A stretch of DNA of 64,000 nucleotides from assembly GCA_001783805.1 (NCBI GenBank), contig MFNS01000001.1:649-64648 (forward strand). Direction: 5' to 3'. The notes beneath the pieces were generated by a model. That model was not told where the DNA came from. It did not search any database and was given only the letters and a program-made list of their open reading frames with translations. The translations under genes and the position numbers were made by a program. The stretch is from Candidatus Levybacteria bacterium RIFCSPHIGHO2_01_FULL_40_16. GTDB lineage: Bacteria > Patescibacteriota > Microgenomatia > Levybacterales > UBA12049. Position 1 is the stretch's first letter, and every line of letters starts with the position of its first letter. Positions 19,975 through 30,864 of the stretch are shown one piece after another.

Positions 19975-20595
19975 AACCGTTGCATACTCCTTTATTACGG
20001 TAACATTGAACCAATTTTTATTTTCCACCAGAAGCTTATCCTTCTCTCCATAATCAAAATAACCATTCGCTATTCTCATTTTGCTGTTATCCATCAGGAA
20101 AATTATTTTTATAGTTTTTGAGTCTTCCCGATAGATCAAACTATTTTTATCTGCGAATATAAAATTTTCTTTGGAAAATTGTTTGAGATCTACTATTTTA
20201 TTTAAATCTGATTCCGTTGTTAGAATATCCAGACTATTAGCCAGAGGAGAGGAGAAAACCAAAAAGGTCAAGCTGAGCTGTTTTTCGTCGTATTTTATTC
20301 CTATTTTCTCATTTGACTGCTGAACTGAAGATTTTTCAATTCCTGTCCTTGAAAAGATAAAATATCCGGGTGAGTAAAATTCTCTGAATTGCCAATATTC
20401 TTGCGGATCAATGGATCCTCTCTGCTTGGTAGCGTTGATAAACTCGTTTAGAATAGCCTGCCTTTTGAAAGGGAAGACTTGGCTGGATATTTTTGGAGAA
20501 AGGAAAGTAAACAAGCTGATGATAGTAATTAAAATTAGGGCAAAGAAGGATAGATCGCTTCTAATAAGCCTTAAAATGCTTTGAGTTTTGCTCAT
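19900..20595 (-). CDS. Hypothetical membrane-anchored protein
   Basis: 231-aa ORF with N-terminal TM; TATAAT 6 nt before ATG; 3' end overlaps the convergent gene. Confidence 0.65.
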   Translation of the reverse strand: MSKTQSILRLIRSDLSFFALILITIISLFTFLSPKISSQVFPFKRQAILNEFINATKQRGSIDPQEYWQFREFYSPGYFIFSRTGIEKSSVQQSNEKIGIKYDEKQLSLTFLVFSSPLANSLDILTTESDLNKIVDLKQFSKENFIFADKNSLIYREDSKTIKIIFLMDNSKMRIANGYFDYGEKDKLLVENKNWFNVTVIKEYATVLNLIDFIYREIGSVFSLFYFQNLC

Positions 20596-20625
20596 GCTTA
20601 CATTATAATAAATTTACTTGTTTTA

Positions 20626-22302
20626 ATGAAATTAGTTAAATTGGACATTTTGCTCTGCATCTTGATATCAATTATATCATTATTTTTTGTTTTGGAATTA
20701 TTTATGTTTCCAGGTCGCCCGGCCACCTTCGACGCCGTTGTCCACATCTCGGTTATTGCTCAATTCTCGGAAATTATTAAGGCAGGGGAATTTCCTGTAA
20801 TTTGGATGAATAATTTCGCAAATTATGGAATCCCAGTAGGCCGTTTTACCCATCAAACCACAAATTATTTGGGAGGACTGATAACTCTTTTCATCCATGA
20901 TCCTGTCCTAGTTTTTAATTTGCTTACGTTTGCTGAAGTTTTTCTTACCAATATTCTCCTTTACCTTTTTTTGCGGCTTTACTTTTCTCCCTTAGCCTCA
21001 TTTCTCGGGATATTTATTTTTTGCTTTACTCCTTATCGCATTCTTAATGTTTATACTAGGGGTGCATTGCCAGACGTTTTTGCTGGCATATTTTTACCGT
21101 TAATACTAGTTGTTCTTTATTTGCTGATTGTTAAGAAAAAGCTTTATGCTTTTTTCCTGCTTACCCTGTTTATTGTGGGGCTTACCCTAACTCATCCCAT
21201 GATGCTTGTTGTCTTTTCCTCGCTCTTTGTTCCCTATTTAATCTACCTTTTAATCGTTTCAAATTTATCAATAAAATCAAGGATTAAGATATTTGTTGCG
21301 TCTACTTTCTTCATGCTGCTGGGTCTTTTAATTTGCTCCTATTACGCTGTACCTTTGAATTTGGAAATTAAGTACTTTTATTTTGGGTTGGAAGATAGTC
21401 ATCAAATGGCAAATAGCTACTTAACATTTATGAATTTTTTCAGCACAAAATGGTATTACTTTACAAATACTGAAGTCTTCACAAGGGGACACATAATATT
21501 GTTTGGATTGATAGAAACAGTAACCTTGATACTGGGTTTTGTGTATTTTTTATACAAAAAAATTGTCAAAAAGAACAAAGAGAATATGCAGATTCTTACA
21601 TTTTGTTTAATAGTGGCTGCGTTAATGATCTATTTTACTACACAATATGCAGATATATTTTTTCAAAAATTGTTTTTCTTAAACAACATTCAATTTCCTT
21701 GGCGCTTTTTGTCTGTCTTAATCTTTATACCGGCTATTGTGGCAGCATTTTTATATGACAGATTCCCAAAGAGAATAATTTTTGTTGTAGTAATTATGGT
21801 TGTTGCTTACTTTTCATTCCCCCAAATTTATGGGAAAAATTACACTATGTATCCAATCCAATCATACTTTATTACCAAGGAAAATGTGCATTCTGTAGAA
21901 ATGAATACAATCTGGACCGGTAAGAGCGAAGACTATCCGGATAAAGATAAGCAAGGCGAAATCATTGAGGGCACGGGAAAGATTGTTAACCAAACGCTTA
22001 GGAATTCTTCTCGAAATTACCAGGTAGCTGCAACGACTCCGCTGCGAATGGTTGACCGCACTTTTTATTTCCCGGGATGGAACGTTTATATAGACAATGT
22101 TAAGACAAATATTGAATTCCAGGACCCCAATTACCGCGGGGTAATTACGTATCGTGTTCCCGCCGGATTCCACGCGGTTAAAGTTGTTTTTGAAAATACA
22201 AAGGTTAGATCAATTGCGAATGGCATGAGTATTTTGTTTTTGTTCATAACAATAGCCCTTTTTGTAAGAAGAAAGTGTATTGGAAAATATATTTTTGGGT
22301 AG
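20626..22302 (+). CDS. GT-C membrane protein ('6-pyruvoyl-tetrahydropterin synthase-related'/YfhO-like)
   Basis: TFD..H, GIP, RG.L, QFPWRFL, YFPGW motifs. Confidence 0.78.
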   Translation: MKLVKLDILLCILISIISLFFVLELFMFPGRPATFDAVVHISVIAQFSEIIKAGEFPVIWMNNFANYGIPVGRFTHQTTNYLGGLITLFIHDPVLVFNLLTFAEVFLTNILLYLFLRLYFSPLASFLGIFIFCFTPYRILNVYTRGALPDVFAGIFLPLILVVLYLLIVKKKLYAFFLLTLFIVGLTLTHPMMLVVFSSLFVPYLIYLLIVSNLSIKSRIKIFVASTFFMLLGLLICSYYAVPLNLEIKYFYFGLEDSHQMANSYLTFMNFFSTKWYYFTNTEVFTRGHIILFGLIETVTLILGFVYFLYKKIVKKNKENMQILTFCLIVAALMIYFTTQYADIFFQKLFFLNNIQFPWRFLSVLIFIPAIVAAFLYDRFPKRIIFVVVIMVVAYFSFPQIYGKNYTMYPIQSYFITKENVHSVEMNTIWTGKSEDYPDKDKQGEIIEGTGKIVNQTLRNSSRNYQVAATTPLRMVDRTFYFPGWNVYIDNVKTNIEFQDPNYRGVITYRVPAGFHAVKVVFENTKVRSIANGMSILFLFITIALFVRRKCIGKYIFG

Positions 22303-22331
22303 AGGATTTGGTAAGATATATAGAGCGAATT

Positions 22332-23987
22332 ATGTTTAAAAATAAAAATTTAATTACTTATCTTTTGTTGATTTTTGTTTTTATGCTCGCGGCTTTTCTT
22401 CGTTTTTATAATTTGAGCTCTTTTCCCGTTGGATTTCATCAAGACGAAGCTTCCCTTGGCTATAACGGTTATTCTTTAATGCTAACCGGTAAGGATGACA
22501 ATAGCAACAAATTTCCTCTTTACATAGATATGTTTGGGGATAATAGGCCTTCAGGTTACCACTATTTAACTATTCTGCCAATTAAGCTATTTGACTTAAA
22601 TGAATTTGCAACCAGGCTTCCCGGGGCGTTATTCGGCTCGATAACTATTTTTGCGATATATTTATTGACGTACGCAATTTTCAAAAATAAAAAATTAAGC
22701 TTGTTAAGCAGTTTATTTATTGCTATTTCCCCCTGGCATGTCTCCGTATCCAGGGCAAGTTCGGAAACTATTGTTGCTTTATTTTTTATAATTTTAGGAT
22801 TTTCTTTATTAATTTACAGTCTGCAAAATGAGAGATTGAAATATGTTCTCCTGGGGACAATTTCTTTGGGTTTAAGTTTTTTCTTTTACCATACTCCGCG
22901 GGTTTTTGCTCCTCTTCTTTATTTAGCGTTAATAATTTATTTATTTTCATTTGGCAGAGAAGTTGGTAAGCGTTTAAAAAATAGCTTTATTTTATCTTTT
23001 CTATTCTTATCAATTTTCGCTTTAGTTTTAATTTTTGCAATAAAAGGAGGAACGGGCCGTTTCAGCCAGGTGAATATTTTCGGTTTTCCGGAAACAAAAT
23101 TAATAATGGAGGAACAGATAAAAGAAGATGGAGTTGCGAGAACAAACATTCCAACTACCCGCTTATTCCATAATAAAATTATTAATTATTCATTTTCTTT
23201 TCTCTCAAATTATTTTGATTATTTTACAGGACAATTTTTATTTATGAAAGGCGGTTTGCCAATTTGGTACCGGGTTCCGGGAATGGGACTTGTTTATCTG
23301 ATAGAGTTTCCTTTTATTGTGATTGGCGCAATTCTTCTGGTAATAAATAAAAATAAGCTGTATAAAATTCCGATAATCTGGATTCTGATTGCTCCTGTAG
23401 TAACGTCAATAACCATGGATGATATTCCCAATCTGCAAAGAACAATAGTTATGCTTCCTGCCATAGAAATAATTGCAGCTTTTGGTTTATATAATTTCAT
23501 AAATTCAAGGCGGGGAATATTGAAACCGGTGGTGGCATCGATTTTAACAATATTATTTATATTTAATTTTGCTTATTTTCTGCATCAATATTTTATTCAT
23601 GCCAAATTACATAGGACCTGGTACAGAAATAACGGTTTTAAAGAAGTGATCAGAACCGTTTATAAAGATTATGCCGGTTATGACAGCATAATTATTACGA
23701 AAAGCGAGGGGGGAATTTACCCTCTGATACTTTTTTACACAAAATATGGCCCGGCGCTATATCAAAAAGAAGGTTCACCTAAGGATAGGGAGTATGCCGG
23801 ATTTGGTAAATTTTTCTTTGTACCGCAATCCTGTCCGTCTGTAGACAAGGACAATAGGTTTCCAAAAGGGAAATCTATTTATGTAGATAATGGGACGTGT
23901 CCGGATAATGCGGCGCTAGATAATAAAAAAGAAACTGTCATAAACAGAGAGGACGGAACAAGAGCCTTCAGGATCATTTATGATTAA
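22332..23987 (+). CDS. GT-C (ArnT/PMT, GT39/GT83-like) glycosyltransferase
   Basis: P.GFHQDEASLGYNGYS, FGD.RP, EFATRLP.A, SPWH...SR. Confidence 0.82.
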   Translation: MFKNKNLITYLLLIFVFMLAAFLRFYNLSSFPVGFHQDEASLGYNGYSLMLTGKDDNSNKFPLYIDMFGDNRPSGYHYLTILPIKLFDLNEFATRLPGALFGSITIFAIYLLTYAIFKNKKLSLLSSLFIAISPWHVSVSRASSETIVALFFIILGFSLLIYSLQNERLKYVLLGTISLGLSFFFYHTPRVFAPLLYLALIIYLFSFGREVGKRLKNSFILSFLFLSIFALVLIFAIKGGTGRFSQVNIFGFPETKLIMEEQIKEDGVARTNIPTTRLFHNKIINYSFSFLSNYFDYFTGQFLFMKGGLPIWYRVPGMGLVYLIEFPFIVIGAILLVINKNKLYKIPIIWILIAPVVTSITMDDIPNLQRTIVMLPAIEIIAAFGLYNFINSRRGILKPVVASILTILFIFNFAYFLHQYFIHAKLHRTWYRNNGFKEVIRTVYKDYAGYDSIIITKSEGGIYPLILFYTKYGPALYQKEGSPKDREYAGFGKFFFVPQSCPSVDKDNRFPKGKSIYVDNGTCPDNAALDNKKETVINREDGTRAFRIIYD

Positions 23988-25644
23988 TTTTTTAAATAAG
24001 AAATTAAATGCTTATATTGTTTTAGCTGCAATAATCCTGATTGGAGTAATTCTGCGTTTTTATCAATTGGGCGAAAATCCTCCCAGTCTCGATTGGGATG
24101 AGGCAAGCATAGGGTACAATGCTTATTCGATTTTAAAAACAGGCGCAGATGAATACGGAAACCGTCTTCCCATAGCCTTCCGTTCTTTTGATGACTATAA
24201 ACCTCCGGTATATATTTACTTAACTGCTACTTCGGTTGCCTTATTTGGTTTAAGCGAATTTGCAGTACGGTTTCCGGCAGCGTTAATTGGGATTGCGGCG
24301 ATTGTGGTGGTTTATTTTCTTGTTAAAGAAATTTTATTGAATTGGGATAAAAATAAACGCGAGCTTATTGCTCTTACATCAGCTTTTTTTATGGCTATTT
24401 CACCGTGGCATTTGCAATTTTCCCGCGCTGCATTTGAAGGTAATGTGGGGATGTTTTTTCTAATTTTATCACTTCTATTTTTTTTCAAAGGCCTGAAGAA
24501 TAAGTATTTTTATCTTCCTTTTGCGTTCTCGTTTGTATTGAGTATATATTCCTATCACAGCTTTAAACTAATTAATCCAGTCTTACTATTAATCTTATTA
24601 AATCTTTTTAATAAACAATTAATTAAACAGAAAATCGCAGTTGTAATTTCGCTGATTATAATTGTGATTCTTTCGGCAGCTATTTATTTTAGTTTTTTTT
24701 CTTCCACAGGAGCCGGTGCAAGACTTTCAATGGTAACTGTTTTTTCAGATCCGGAATTACAAATGAAATCTGCAATAAATGTTGAGAATGCGAAAAAGAG
24801 CGATGATTTGATCGGGCAAATCATTAACAATAGAAGATTTATTTTTATTCCCTCGATAATTAAGGGTTATTTTGATCATTTTAATTTTGATTTCCTATTT
24901 GTACATGGGGATGGAGGAGTGCAACATCATGCGTATAATATGGGAATGCTCTATCTTTGGGATTTTCCGTTTGTAATATTGGGAATTATATTCTTACTCA
25001 AAAAAATTGACCGGAGGATTTTGTTGTTAATTATCTTATTTTTACTAGCGCCTATTCCTGCGGCAATTGCAACCGGCACTCCGCATCCTGTCCGGGCCAT
25101 CGCTATGATTCCCGGATTTCAAATTTTCTCCTCTGTTGGATTTATTTTAATTCTATCAATGATATTTCAAAAAAAATACAAACCGGTTGGGATAATTATT
25201 GTTTTTCTAATTATTGCTGCCTTAGCATTAAACATTAAATATTATTTAGAAAGTTATTACGTTACTACTCCAATTAAATATGGATATTTTTGGCAATATG
25301 GATACAAGGAAGCACTAGCTTATGCAAAAGAGAACGAAGGAAAGTTTAATAATATTATCATGACCTATGAATATGACCAGCCCTATATTTATTACCTTTT
25401 TTATAATAAAATAGATCCTGGCTGGTATCAAAAAAATTGGGACTATAATAAAAATGGAGCAATTGACAGATTCAAGCGAGTTATTGGAAAATATACATTT
25501 AGAAATATTGATTATTCTAAAGATGTCAATCTCCAAAAATCTCTTCTTATCGGCGCCCCCAAAGAAATACCGGATAATGCAAAAGTTGTAAAAACTATAG
25601 AATATTTAGATGGAAAGGTAGCCTTTAAAATCGTTAAGACATGA
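23980..25644 (+). CDS. GT-C (ArnT/PMT-like) glycosyltransferase
   Basis: PPSLDWDEASIGYNAYS, SFDDYKPP, SPWHLQFSR, WQYGY. Confidence 0.82.
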   Translation: MINFLNKKLNAYIVLAAIILIGVILRFYQLGENPPSLDWDEASIGYNAYSILKTGADEYGNRLPIAFRSFDDYKPPVYIYLTATSVALFGLSEFAVRFPAALIGIAAIVVVYFLVKEILLNWDKNKRELIALTSAFFMAISPWHLQFSRAAFEGNVGMFFLILSLLFFFKGLKNKYFYLPFAFSFVLSIYSYHSFKLINPVLLLILLNLFNKQLIKQKIAVVISLIIIVILSAAIYFSFFSSTGAGARLSMVTVFSDPELQMKSAINVENAKKSDDLIGQIINNRRFIFIPSIIKGYFDHFNFDFLFVHGDGGVQHHAYNMGMLYLWDFPFVILGIIFLLKKIDRRILLLIILFLLAPIPAAIATGTPHPVRAIAMIPGFQIFSSVGFILILSMIFQKKYKPVGIIIVFLIIAALALNIKYYLESYYVTTPIKYGYFWQYGYKEALAYAKENEGKFNNIIMTYEYDQPYIYYLFYNKIDPGWYQKNWDYNKNGAIDRFKRVIGKYTFRNIDYSKDVNLQKSLLIGAPKEIPDNAKVVKTIEYLDGKVAFKIVKT

Positions 25645-27281
25645 AGAAAATATTAACAATATTGTTTTTTTCTTTTTGCATAAGCATTCCGGTTATTTTG
25701 CCGTTTTTCCATGCAGGTTTTTTCCCGACGCATGATGGGGAATGGGCGGTAGTTAGGCTTGGTGATATGTTCCGCACCCTTCGTGATTTGCAAATCCCGG
25801 CAAGATATAGCGGAAATTTAAATTTTGGATACGGGTATCCTTTGTTTAATTTTGCTTACCCCTTTCCTTATTATCTCGGGATTATCTTAAACCTTCTAGG
25901 CTTTGGATTTGTGAATACGATAAAAATACTTTTCGCGGGAAGCGTTGTTTTTTCGGCATTCTTTATGTTTCTTGCCTCAAGAGCATTATGGAAAAACAGT
26001 TGGGCAGGAATTGCTTCTTCGATATTTTATGTTTATTTTCCGTATCGCATGGTTGATTTATATGTCAGGGGTTCTATAGGAGAGTCTCTTTCATTTGTTT
26101 TATTTCCTTTAATGTTTTATCTTGCGATTAAGTTAATTAATAAGCCCTCGGTTTTACTAATTGGAGGCATTGGAATTTGCGTAGCATTCCTTATCATGAC
26201 GCATAACATAATGACAGTTCTTTTTCTGCCGCTTTATGCTGTATTTATGTTAATTCAAGCAGTTTTAAAAAATAAAACAGCAGTTAAAGATTTTTTTATA
26301 AGCATTCTTTTGGGTTTTGGTTTGTCCGCGTTTTTCTGGATTCCGGCACTTCTTGAAAAAAGCAATATTTTGCTTTCAAAAATTCCCATTGCGGATAGAA
26401 ATTTATATTTCGTGAAGCTTGAGCAATTTATCTTTCCAAGATGGGGATATGATATTCCGACAAGCATTAACGGATTTAGCTATCAACTTGGGTTAGCGCA
26501 TCTGGCAATATTGTTAATATTAGTTTTATTTTTAAGTTTAAATTTCATTAATAACAAGCAAAATTTAAAAGATTATTATGCAAAAAATGCGTTGTTGTTG
26601 ACCATATTTACGGCATTTTATATTTTCTTGCTTTTTAAACCTTCGGAATTATTGTGGAAGTTTACACCTTTATTGTCAGAGATTAATTATCCATGGATAG
26701 CGCTTGGCATATTGGGTTTTTTGCTAAGTTTATCGGCCGGGTTTTTGTGCAAAAGCACTCTTGGGAAGCATTCTACAGTTATTCTTGCAATAATTGGCGT
26801 GTTAATTGTCCTGCCTTATGCCAAGCCGGAGAAATATATTAATAATCCCGACAGTTATTACCTAACTAATGATGCAACGACGACTTCTTCTAATGAACTA
26901 ATGCCGTTATGGGTCAAGAAAATGCCCTTGCAACGATCGAAGAATAAAGTAGAAATAGTAAGCGGAAATGGGATCATTAAAAACATTTCTGCTAATTCAA
27001 AACAAATTAAATTCTCCGTTGATGCATTGTCGCAAAGCATAATTAGAGTGAATACGATCTATTTTCCCGGATGGAGCGCGTCTGTTGATGGGATTAATGT
27101 GCCCATTTCTTACGCAAATGAAAAGGGAGTAATGGATGTTTCCATTTCTTCAGGTAAACATCTTGTTCAGGCGAATTTTGGAGAAACTCCGCTAGGATTG
27201 GCAAGCGATATAATTTCCTTATTAAGTTTTTTTATACTTTTGTTATTGATAATAAGAAGGAATAGATATGCAATTTTTTAA
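25641..27281 (+). CDS. GT-C membrane protein (PTPS-related/YfhO-like)
   Basis: THDG, GYGYPLFNF, YVRG..GE, YPW, YFPGW. Confidence 0.8.
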   Translation: MKKILTILFFSFCISIPVILPFFHAGFFPTHDGEWAVVRLGDMFRTLRDLQIPARYSGNLNFGYGYPLFNFAYPFPYYLGIILNLLGFGFVNTIKILFAGSVVFSAFFMFLASRALWKNSWAGIASSIFYVYFPYRMVDLYVRGSIGESLSFVLFPLMFYLAIKLINKPSVLLIGGIGICVAFLIMTHNIMTVLFLPLYAVFMLIQAVLKNKTAVKDFFISILLGFGLSAFFWIPALLEKSNILLSKIPIADRNLYFVKLEQFIFPRWGYDIPTSINGFSYQLGLAHLAILLILVLFLSLNFINNKQNLKDYYAKNALLLTIFTAFYIFLLFKPSELLWKFTPLLSEINYPWIALGILGFLLSLSAGFLCKSTLGKHSTVILAIIGVLIVLPYAKPEKYINNPDSYYLTNDATTTSSNELMPLWVKKMPLQRSKNKVEIVSGNGIIKNISANSKQIKFSVDALSQSIIRVNTIYFPGWSASVDGINVPISYANEKGVMDVSISSGKHLVQANFGETPLGLASDIISLLSFFILLLLIIRRNRYAIF

Positions 27282-28713
27282 AAAATATTACGGATTAGTT
27301 TTAATTTTGATTTTATCTTTCTGGGCGGTAAAGCCCTTCTTCGTTTCGGGTTTTTTTCCAATACATGATGATACGCAAATTGCTAGAGTTTTTGAGATGG
27401 GAAAAGTTCTTCAAAATGGCGTTTTTCCGGTACGCGTTGTTCCTGATTTGGGATACGGATACGGATATCCGATTTTTAATTTTTATGCTCCTCTGGCTTA
27501 CTATGTAGGCGCAGCCTTTATGTTCTTGGGATTTGATGCTCTTGTTGCCGCGAAAATAATGATGGCTCTAGGGATTATTTTGGCCGGTATTTTTATGTAC
27601 TTCTTAGCGAGAGAATTTTTTGGAGAATTTGGTGGTATAGCCTCAGGACTATTTTATCTCTATGCTCCTTATCACGCAGTCGATATTTATGTTCGAGGTG
27701 ATGTTGCAGAATTTTGGGCATACGCTTTTATTCCCCTGGCATTCCTGGGTTTTTATAAGAGAAATATACTTTTGGGAACAATAGGATTTGCAGGATTAAT
27801 TCTTTCGCATAATTTAACAGCAATGATGATCACTCCATTTCTGTTAATTGTTGTATTGCTAAATTGTTATATTGCTTTTAAGAATAAGAAATCATTTATC
27901 TTTAATCATCCATCATTAATCTTTATCTTGAGTCTGGCAATTTCTGCATTTTATTGGATTCCGGCACTTGCTGAAATGAAATATACCAATGTTCTTTCAC
28001 AAATTGGAGGAGGAGCCGATTTTCGCGATCACTTTGTTTGCATAGAACAACTTTGGAATAGTGTGTGGGGATTTGGAGGTTCGGTTGCAGGATGCATTGA
28101 TGGACTTTCTTTCAAAATAGGCAAACTTCACATTTTGGCGTCCATAGCAGCGTTTGTTCTGACACTCTGTGTTAATAAAATAAGAAAAAGTAAAAATGGG
28201 GAAATTATTTTTCTTTCTTTTTTGGGATTTTTTCTGTCAGTTTTTCTTACACTTGAAGTTTCAAAATCTATTTGGGAAGCAATTCCGGCGATGGCTTTTT
28301 TCCAATACCCATGGAGATTTTTAATACTTATATCTTTCTTTGCTTCTTTACTCGCAGGGTCTTTAATTTATTTATTAAAGCAAATTAAGATTAAACCTTA
28401 TTTAACCGCAACAGCATTGGTCTTTTTTCTCTTATTTTTTGATTTAAAACTTTTTGTTCCGCAAACTATTCTTTCAAAAACCGCAGAAAATTATACAAAT
28501 GAAATAACCCTTAAGTGGAATGTTTCAAAAATTTCAGATGAGTATCTTCCTCCTAACTTTAAAAAACCAAAGAACCCAAGCGAGGTACGCAAGGGACCTC
28601 CTATTATTGGTATTAAGGAAACAGATGTTGAAAAGGCTTCAAACGTAGTCTCTTTGGGCGGGCTATTAGCCTTGGTTCTTGGTATAATTCTTCTTAAGAA
28701 AGGATATGAATAA
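27268..28713 (+). CDS. GT-C membrane protein (PTPS-related/YfhO-like) with short C-terminus
   Basis: IHDD, GYGYPIFNFY, YVRG..AE, QYPWRFL. Confidence 0.8.
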   Translation: MQFFKKYYGLVLILILSFWAVKPFFVSGFFPIHDDTQIARVFEMGKVLQNGVFPVRVVPDLGYGYGYPIFNFYAPLAYYVGAAFMFLGFDALVAAKIMMALGIILAGIFMYFLAREFFGEFGGIASGLFYLYAPYHAVDIYVRGDVAEFWAYAFIPLAFLGFYKRNILLGTIGFAGLILSHNLTAMMITPFLLIVVLLNCYIAFKNKKSFIFNHPSLIFILSLAISAFYWIPALAEMKYTNVLSQIGGGADFRDHFVCIEQLWNSVWGFGGSVAGCIDGLSFKIGKLHILASIAAFVLTLCVNKIRKSKNGEIIFLSFLGFFLSVFLTLEVSKSIWEAIPAMAFFQYPWRFLILISFFASLLAGSLIYLLKQIKIKPYLTATALVFFLLFFDLKLFVPQTILSKTAENYTNEITLKWNVSKISDEYLPPNFKKPKNPSEVRKGPPIIGIKETDVEKASNVVSLGGLLALVLGIILLKKGYE

Positions 28714-29422
28714 AGTTCCGGAATTATCAATATTTTTTCCTTTTTGGAATGAGGAAAAAAATATAGTCAAAGTGGTAAATAGCGCAATCTCCGTTGCTTC
28801 AAAAATTGCTGAAAAATGGGAAATAATTATGATTGATGACGGATCTTCCGACAAGACTATAGAAATTGCTAAAAAATTACTAGAGTCAAGTCTCGGACTG
28901 AGACTCATCGCGCATAAGCCTAACCGTGGATATGGTGCGGCACTTAAGGAAGGCTTAAATAATGCAAGATATAAATTAATTGTTTTTACAGATGGTGATG
29001 GACAATTTGATTTTTCGGAAGTCGTAAGATTTATAGAAAAAATAAATAAAGCCGATATGGTGATTGGCTATAGACAAAAAAGGAGGGATCATCCCTTCAG
29101 GCATTTTTTGATGATTCTTTTAAAAATTTGGGATTTTATTTTCTTCGGATTTTACTTCAGGGATATAGATTGCGGCTTCAAGATGTTCAAAAAGGATTCA
29201 CTCAAAAAGATATTGCCGCTAAGATCCGAAGGGGCGATGATTACTACGGAAATTTTGGCCCGCGCGAAAAAGGCAAATCTTAAGATAGAACAGGTGAGAG
29301 TAACTCATTATCCAAGAATTTATGGCGATCAAAGCGGAGGGAATTTGAGAGTAATTATAAGGGCAATTAGAGAAAGTTTTTTTCTTTGGTCAGATCTTAA
29401 TTTTAATTATGGAAGAAATTGA
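28706..29422 (+). CDS. GT2 polyprenol-phosphate glycosyltransferase (DPM1-like)
   Basis: IDDGSSD, NRGYGAAL, TDGDGQF, DIDCGFK. Confidence 0.88.
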   Translation: MNKVPELSIFFPFWNEEKNIVKVVNSAISVASKIAEKWEIIMIDDGSSDKTIEIAKKLLESSLGLRLIAHKPNRGYGAALKEGLNNARYKLIVFTDGDGQFDFSEVVRFIEKINKADMVIGYRQKRRDHPFRHFLMILLKIWDFIFFGFYFRDIDCGFKMFKKDSLKKILPLRSEGAMITTEILARAKKANLKIEQVRVTHYPRIYGDQSGGNLRVIIRAIRESFFLWSDLNFNYGRN

Positions 29423-30863
29423 CATTGCGTTAGTAACCAAAAGGTCAATCCGTGGAATTTTTGCCTTAGCTTCAAGGACTTTTTTCTTGCAAATTGTCAA
29501 TTTCACAGGAAATCTTTTGCTCACCATATTCTTATCACCTTCTTCTTTTGGAATATTCTTTGTTGTTTCGGCCGCGATTGCTTTTCTATCTTACTTTTCG
29601 GATATTGGGTTAGCTGCGGCACTTATTCAGAAAAAAGAAGCGATTACCCAAAAAGATCTAAAGACGACTTTTACCATACAGCAAATATTGGTAATAACGG
29701 TTGTAGTTATTGCCCTTTTGTCAGCTAAATCTATTGGCTCTTTTTATAATTTAACTGGCGACGGCGTGGTATTATTTCAAGCCCTGGCAATTTCATTCTT
29801 CTTCTCTTCTTTAAAGACTATTCCCTCCATTCTTCTTGAAAGAGAGCTTAGGTTTGAGAAACTTGTTTTACCTCAAATTGTGGAAACGTTATTTTTCAAT
29901 GTTACGGCGGTAGTTTTAGCGATTAATGGTTTTGGAATTTCCAGTTTTACCTATGCGGTATTAGCCAGAGGACTCTCCGGCCTTATTGTTATTTACTTAA
30001 TAAGTCCTTGGAGAATTGGGTTCGGACTCTACAGGGAATGCACTTCTAAACTTTTATCGTTCGGTGTTCCGTTTCAACTGAATAGCTTCCTAGCTTTGGT
30101 TAAGGATGATTTGCTTATTGCGTATCTGGGAAAAGTTTTGCCAATTGCTCAAGTAGGATACATCGGGTTCGCGCAAAAATGGGCATTTACCCCATTGAGA
30201 TTGATTATGGACAATGTTATCAGAATTACTTTTCCTTCTTTTTCCAGGCTTCAGGAGAATAAGGACATCCTGAAAAAAGCCATAGAAAAATCGATCTACG
30301 CGGCGTGTTTTTTGATATTTCCTTCGATCGTAGGCTTGGTTATGCTTTCTCCGTATTTTATTAATTTGATTCCAAAATATATCAAATGGGAACCTGCACT
30401 TTTATCCCTAGCTTTTTTCTCAATAAATGCGGCTTTGTCTTCAATTTCAACTCCCTTAACCAATGCTTTAAATGCGATAGGAAAAATAAAAACAACGCTA
30501 TATTTAATGATTTTTTGGACGATAGCAACTTGGGTTATTACACCACTTGCGATTTTTATTTTAGGTTTTAACGGTGTGGCAATTGCCTCCGCGGTAATTT
30601 CCTGTTCAGTTATTGCCGTTGTTTATTTGGTAAAGAAATACATTGAATTTGATTTAGCGAAAACAATATTTTTTCCTTTTTTAGGCTCGGTTATTATGGG
30701 TTTGGCAATTTATTTCCTAAGTCCAATTTTCATTAAGGACATTATTTCACTGATTCTTATGATTTTGCTAGGCGCTGTGATATACTTTTTTACGATATTA
30801 CTTTTTGCCAGAAAGCAATTTATGGATGATTTGAAGCTAATTAAGGAGAATATCAAGAATTAA
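29409..30863 (+). CDS. Wzx-like oligosaccharide flippase
   Basis: Many TM helices; L.P..FG, DIGLAAALIQ, LERELRF, FPSFSRLQ. Confidence 0.88.
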   Translation: MEEIDIALVTKRSIRGIFALASRTFFLQIVNFTGNLLLTIFLSPSSFGIFFVVSAAIAFLSYFSDIGLAAALIQKKEAITQKDLKTTFTIQQILVITVVVIALLSAKSIGSFYNLTGDGVVLFQALAISFFFSSLKTIPSILLERELRFEKLVLPQIVETLFFNVTAVVLAINGFGISSFTYAVLARGLSGLIVIYLISPWRIGFGLYRECTSKLLSFGVPFQLNSFLALVKDDLLIAYLGKVLPIAQVGYIGFAQKWAFTPLRLIMDNVIRITFPSFSRLQENKDILKKAIEKSIYAACFLIFPSIVGLVMLSPYFINLIPKYIKWEPALLSLAFFSINAALSSISTPLTNALNAIGKIKTTLYLMIFWTIATWVITPLAIFILGFNGVAIASAVISCSVIAVVYLVKKYIEFDLAKTIFFPFLGSVIMGLAIYFLSPIFIKDIISLILMILLGAVIYFFTILLFARKQFMDDLKLIKENIKN

Positions 30864-30864
30864 A

